Assembly (NCBI GenBank): GCA_018302105.1
Contig: JAGWAD010000022.1
Span: 13,434 to 77,433 of the forward strand
Source of the DNA: Candidatus Woesearchaeota archaeon
GTDB lineage: Archaea > Nanobdellota > Nanobdellia > SCGC-AAA011-G17 > GW2011-AR18
Length of the DNA stretch: 64,000 bases
Direction: 5' to 3'
Shown: positions 59,726-64,000 of the stretch, in pieces
Position numbering within the stretch: the stretch's first letter is position 1
Layout: every line of letters starts with the position of its first letter
Notes under the pieces: model-generated
What the model was told of the DNA's origin: nothing
Databases searched by the model: none
Seen by the model: only the letters and a program-made list of their open reading frames with translations
Position numbers and translations under genes: made by a program

Positions 59726-60289
59726 ATGGTAAAAATAGGACAACAAATTTCAGATTTTGAATTAGAAGCATTTCATAATAATGAGATTAAGAAAGTGAAA
59801 TTATCAAATTTTAAAGGAAAATGGCTTGTATTAGCTTTTTATCCTGCAGATTTTACATTTATTTGCCCAACAGAATTAGTGGAATTAGCAGATTTATATG
59901 ATGAATTTAAAAAAGCAGGTGCAGAAGTATTAAGTGTAAGTACAGACACAGTTTTTGTCCATAAAGCCTGGCATGATAATTCACCATCAATTAAAAAGAT
60001 TAAATATCCAATGTTGGCAGATCCTGCTGGTAAATTATGCAAAGAATTTGGAACATATATTGAAGAAGAAGGCTTGTCTTTAAGAGGTTCGTTCATTATA
60101 GATCCTGATGGAATATTAAAAGCATATGAAATTCATGACAATAGCATTGGAAGAAGTGCAGAAGAAATTTTAAGAAAGTTACATGCAGCTATATATGTAA
60201 GAGAACATAAAGGAGAAGTATGTCCTGCTAGCTGGAAACCTGGAAAACAGACATTAAAACCAGGATTAGATTTAGTTGGAAAAATATGA
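59726..60289 (+). CDS. 2-Cys peroxiredoxin (AhpC/TSA family)
   Basis: FTFICPTE peroxidatic Cys motif and resolving VCPASW. 187 aa. Confidence 0.9.
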   Translation: MVKIGQQISDFELEAFHNNEIKKVKLSNFKGKWLVLAFYPADFTFICPTELVELADLYDEFKKAGAEVLSVSTDTVFVHKAWHDNSPSIKKIKYPMLADPAGKLCKEFGTYIEEEGLSLRGSFIIDPDGILKAYEIHDNSIGRSAEEILRKLHAAIYVREHKGEVCPASWKPGKQTLKPGLDLVGKI

Positions 60290-60711
60290 GCATTGAACAA
60301 AAAGTAACGTTAGAAGAACATACAAATCCAGATCGTATAAGTTTGCCTCGATATTCTGTAAGAAATCAAAATCATGGAATAATAGATCGTGGAGTAATAG
60401 GTCATGAAACTACATTCCAATTTGATTATGTTGTTGAATTTAAATCAAAAATTGCAGGAAGTAATTACATACTTATGGATGGTGAAAGTCAATTTGATGT
60501 CATTGATATAGAAAGAAGAAACTATGCACAAGAAAAGTTATACAATCGTGCTTTATTTTACGCTAAAAGTTTATCTAAATCTGAAGGCACAGAATTAGTA
60601 ATATTAAAATCTAAACCTGTAAAAAACCCAGTTCCGGTATTTGGCAAATTTATAGATAAAACTGTTTTAGAAAATGGAAAATATGTAAAAATTAGGACCC
60701 CATTATTTTGA
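60286..60711 (+). CDS. hypothetical protein, translationally coupled to the peroxiredoxin
   Basis: 141-aa ORF with 4-nt overlap to the peroxiredoxin stop. Confidence 0.45.
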   Translation: MSIEQKVTLEEHTNPDRISLPRYSVRNQNHGIIDRGVIGHETTFQFDYVVEFKSKIAGSNYILMDGESQFDVIDIERRNYAQEKLYNRALFYAKSLSKSEGTELVILKSKPVKNPVPVFGKFIDKTVLENGKYVKIRTPLF

Positions 60712-60796
60712 ATATCTTTTAATGTTAATAGTAGCGGAAAAAATATAATTTTTTATCACATATAAACTTATAAATTATTAAAATAATAATCTTCAT

Positions 60797-61150
60797 ATGA
60801 ACGATAAAACTATTCTGATGTTTGCCGTAATGTGGGATTCTGGAAATTATGATAGTCTGGAAGGCAAATATCAAGATAGAAAATATACATTAGATTTAAT
60901 TATTGATAATTTGGGATTAAATCACTTATGCCTTAATCATTTAGATGGACGAAGAAGTATTTTAAGAATGGGTTATAAAGAATTAAATCCTGAAATATCT
61001 ACAGATGAGCATGCTAAATATTTTAAGAAAAATTATGGTGGAGAAATTTATGCCTGGGATGGATCAAGTAGAAGGACTTTATCTTATGAAAAACAAAACA
61101 GGGAAAGAGCAAGAGAACTAATAACTAAAGAAAAATTTACATTAGATTAA
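60797..61150 (+). CDS. hypothetical protein
   Basis: 117-aa ORF. Confidence 0.35.
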   Translation: MNDKTILMFAVMWDSGNYDSLEGKYQDRKYTLDLIIDNLGLNHLCLNHLDGRRSILRMGYKELNPEISTDEHAKYFKKNYGGEIYAWDGSSRRTLSYEKQNRERARELITKEKFTLD

Positions 61151-61206
61151 TATACAAAAGTTATAAAAACTTAAAAATATCAAATATGTAAAGGAGAAAA
61201 ATAAAA

Positions 61207-61797
61207 ATGGCATACGAAGCAAAGAATTTTGATTATCTATTGGGTTTAACAGGTTTTTCAGACAGGTTATTAAAAAATCATTTTACTCTATACCAGGGTT
61301 ATGTAATAAATACAAATAAATTGATTGAATTGATGATGTCAATGGTAAAAGAGAATAAAGCAAATACTCCTGAATTTGCAGAATTAAAAAGAAGATTTGG
61401 ATGGGAATTTAATGGAATGCGTTTGCATGAACTGTATTTTGGAAATATGAATAAAAAGAAAACAGAATTAAAAAAAGATTCAAAATTATACAAAAAAATG
61501 GTTGAAATTTTCGGTTCTGGAGAAGAATGTGAAAAAGTATTTAAAGCAACAGGCTCAATGCGTGGAATTGGTTGGGTTGTTATGTATTACGATAAAGAAG
61601 CAGATAAACTGTTTAATACATGGATTAATGAACATGATGTTGGCCATTTAGCAGGATTAACACCATTACTAATAATGGATGTTTTTGAACATGCTTACAT
61701 GGTTGATTATGATACTAAAAAAGCAGATTATATTGAAGCATTTATAAAATCTATAGATTGGGATGTTGTAAATAAAAGATTTGAGGATGCTTTATAA
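61207..61797 (+). CDS. sod: Fe/Mn superoxide dismutase
   Basis: HFTLYQGYV ... DVFEHAYMVDY (the DVWEHAYY motif), with the four metal ligands positioned as expected. Confidence 0.9.
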   Translation: MAYEAKNFDYLLGLTGFSDRLLKNHFTLYQGYVINTNKLIELMMSMVKENKANTPEFAELKRRFGWEFNGMRLHELYFGNMNKKKTELKKDSKLYKKMVEIFGSGEECEKVFKATGSMRGIGWVVMYYDKEADKLFNTWINEHDVGHLAGLTPLLIMDVFEHAYMVDYDTKKADYIEAFIKSIDWDVVNKRFEDAL

Positions 61798-61845
61798 TTT
61801 TTACATTTTAAAAAGTCTTAAATATAGTTAGATTACTATTATCTT

Positions 61846-62064
61846 ATGGGTAAAGGATTAAATTTCATTTTTATAGCAGCAGGATTAATATTTGTTTCAT
61901 TAGTTATAATTGGTTTAGACAGTGATTTATTCTTTGAAAACCATAAATCTAAAATTAATAGTGATTTAAATGAAGAACTTACAGGAAGTATAGTGAAATT
62001 GGATAAAGTGACAAATCTCACAATGAATAATTCAAAAAAATTAACTAAATATCCAAAGAAGTAA
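61846..62064 (+). CDS. small membrane protein, hypothetical
   Basis: 72 aa with one TM helix. Confidence 0.3.
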   Translation: MGKGLNFIFIAAGLIFVSLVIIGLDSDLFFENHKSKINSDLNEELTGSIVKLDKVTNLTMNNSKKLTKYPKK

Positions 62065-62072
62065 TAATTAAC

Positions 62073-62600
62073 CTATCTTTTTGGTCCAAACACAAAATTT
62101 TTCTCATCCAAATCATAAAATTCATCAGCAATTTCCTTTAATTTGCCAGAACAGCTTCTTCCAAAAGCTAAAACTTCAACTTTGCATCCTAAAGCTCTTC
62201 TTAAATGCTCAACTAAAGGCAGATAATCTCCATCTCCGCTTACAAGTACAACTACATCTAGTTTAGGTGCAAGTTCAATAGCATCAATTGCTAACCCTAC
62301 ATCCCAGTCTGCTTTTTTATTTCCACCATAAAATATTTGTAGCTCTTTTAATTTAACCTCAAAGCCAATTGCACTTAAGGCATTATGAAAACCTTCTTCT
62401 TCTTTTTCTCCAGCTTTAACAGCATATGCAATAGCTCTTACTAGTTTCCTTCCCTTTACAGCTTCTTTTAAAATTTCCTTAAAATTAACCCTTGAATTAT
62501 ATAATGCTCTTGCAGAATAATACATATTTTGGACATCAACAAAAACACCAACTCTTTGTTCTTTATTTATTACCATATCTAAAAAATAATAACAATTCAT
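62073..62600 (-). CDS. NYN/LabA-like domain protein (predicted RNase)
   Basis: VGVFVDVQN...DVVVLVSGDGDYLPLV are the conserved NYN acidic motifs. Confidence 0.75.
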   Translation of the reverse strand: MNCYYFLDMVINKEQRVGVFVDVQNMYYSARALYNSRVNFKEILKEAVKGRKLVRAIAYAVKAGEKEEEGFHNALSAIGFEVKLKELQIFYGGNKKADWDVGLAIDAIELAPKLDVVVLVSGDGDYLPLVEHLRRALGCKVEVLAFGRSCSGKLKEIADEFYDLDEKNFVFGPKR

Positions 62601-62674
62601 ATTAATATACTTAACTATTGAATAAATATAATATATAGTTAATCAATTTAAATATAAATTTTATTTAATTATTT

Positions 62675-63043
62675 ATGGATGAATTAATAATCAAAAGTGA
62701 AAATTATTTTTATATCAAAAGAATACCGAAGGCAATACAAAGATCTATAATAAATAGTATAATTAAATCTGGAAAATTAGAAGGCATTCTAGAGTTTATA
62801 TCATCAGGCAATTCTGATATTTATTTGCCACTTTCTAAAATAGAAAAAGAGATTCCAAAACTCCCAATAAGTTACAGTGCAAGAATCCAAGAACTGGTAA
62901 CATATGTTAAAGATACAAAAGTGTATGTTTCTGGAGAAGAATTATCAGATTTATTTAAAGATGCAGAAATAAGAAAATATACTCCGGATGTAAAAATTGA
63001 AAAAAGGGAAAAAATACCAAAATTCAGACATATTTCAAGATGA
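62675..63043 (+). CDS. hypothetical protein
   Basis: 122-aa ORF. Confidence 0.35.
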   Translation: MDELIIKSENYFYIKRIPKAIQRSIINSIIKSGKLEGILEFISSGNSDIYLPLSKIEKEIPKLPISYSARIQELVTYVKDTKVYVSGEELSDLFKDAEIRKYTPDVKIEKREKIPKFRHISR

Positions 63044-63069
63044 GATTATTTCAATCATAAAAATCCTAA

Positions 63070-63723
63070 TTACAATAAAAATACAAATGCAATAGAAATT
63101 AAAGTTACTAATCCCCAAACAGTTTTATTCCAGGAAAATATTTTTGCACCATCAAAGATCCAAAAGGGAATCATATTAAATAAAGCTAACCAGCTATTTA
63201 CAGAAAAACCAATTATAGGTATTGCATAAATTAAAGGCATATCAAGAACATTTTTTGAAATTTGGCCATTTAAATTCATAGCACCACTAATGCTTCCAGT
63301 AAGTAAAATTAAAATTATAAAAAACAATGATGCTAATATCAAGTTCATTATAGGTCCTGCAACAGAAATTTTTCCTGCTTTTGTTTTATCATGAAAATTG
63401 CTTTGTATCATTACAGCTCCAGGTGCAGCTATTACAAATCCAAAAAAGCTCATTACTATAGCTAAAAATAACATTTCATCAAAACTTCTGAATTCAGCTT
63501 TAAATCTGTATTTTTGTGCAACAAATTTATGGTTTAATTCATGAAGTAAAAATCCTAAGCCAACAGCAATTGCAGAAATTAAAAACGCAGTAAAAAATTT
63601 TGTTGTCAATCCTCCTAAAACAATTCCAAAAGCTATAGAAATTGCAATCCATGCTTTGAAAATGTCAAATACTTCAATATTAGAATAAGTTAAAAACCCA
63701 ATTTTTCTTTTTATATATTCCAT
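63070..63723 (-). CDS. M50 family (site-2 protease-like) membrane metalloprotease
   Basis: HELNHKF (HExxH within a TM helix) and NMIPFWIFDGAKI (the LDG motif region). Polytopic. Confidence 0.6.
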   Translation of the reverse strand: MEYIKRKIGFLTYSNIEVFDIFKAWIAISIAFGIVLGGLTTKFFTAFLISAIAVGLGFLLHELNHKFVAQKYRFKAEFRSFDEMLFLAIVMSFFGFVIAAPGAVMIQSNFHDKTKAGKISVAGPIMNLILASLFFIILILLTGSISGAMNLNGQISKNVLDMPLIYAIPIIGFSVNSWLALFNMIPFWIFDGAKIFSWNKTVWGLVTLISIAFVFLL

Positions 63724-63769
63724 ATTCTAATTCATTATTAACAATTTAAATAATTTTGCTCTATAATAT

Positions 63770-63997
63770 TTACTGTATTTCGAGACTATTTAACTTTATA
63801 TAAGACAAAAATAATAAAATTAATGATATAATAAGGATAATAATTGTTAATGGCAATAATTTTATCTCATTAATTCTTATAGGCTCTTTTACATATTGTG
63901 GAATATAAATATCTGTGTAATATTTCTTATAAACTCCAATTGATGATGCCATTAAATCTTTGTTATAATATATTAAATCTAAACCCATAACATTCAA
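63770..63997 (-). CDS. small hypothetical protein
   Basis: 75-aa ORF near the window edge. Confidence 0.2.
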   Translation of the reverse strand: MNVMGLDLIYYNKDLMASSIGVYKKYYTDIYIPQYVKEPIRINEIKLLPLTIIILIISLILLFLSYIKLNSLEIQ

Positions 63998-64000
63998 AGA

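Noticed and set aside
1-64000. CRISPR arrays, transposases, integrases
   Set aside because: No direct repeats with regular spacing were seen, and no ORF carries DDE/HUH or tyrosine or serine recombinase motifs.

Overview
This is an AT-rich (roughly 30% GC by eye), gene-dense chromosomal segment of an archaeon. Clearly archaeal genes are present: SRP54, FtsY, ribosomal proteins S3Ae and S15, RNA polymerase subunit N, RNase P protein Rpp21, the KEOPS kinase Bud32, TruD and archaeal-type phosphoglycerate mutase. There are also three tRNAs, two of them with introns, and a stand-alone 5S rRNA. Mixed with these are many bacterial-type genes: a grpE-dnaK-dnaJ locus with GGAGG ribosome-binding sites, a LivFGMHK ABC transporter, HtpX, LemA, a secreted M23 peptidase, an SLT-like domain, and lipobox lipoproteins. 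This mix is typical of small-genome (DPANN-like) archaea, but that assignment is inference.

Accessory content worth attention:
- A cluster of a thioredoxin, a membrane-anchored caspase-like protease fused to a thioredoxin fold, and a catalytically dead paralogue (33337-35922).
- A kinase-like / TM / lytic-transglycosylase-like fusion protein (28880-30874).
- An uncharacterised two-gene cassette on the same strand as a UPF0175/PIN toxin-antitoxin pair (1-3083).
- Two further PIN/HTH toxin-antitoxin-like pairs and one decayed AbrB-type remnant.
- Tandem paralogues of unknown function (8063-8997).
- A recurring pattern of reading frames broken at A-homopolymers.

No CRISPR array and no obvious transposase or integrase were seen.
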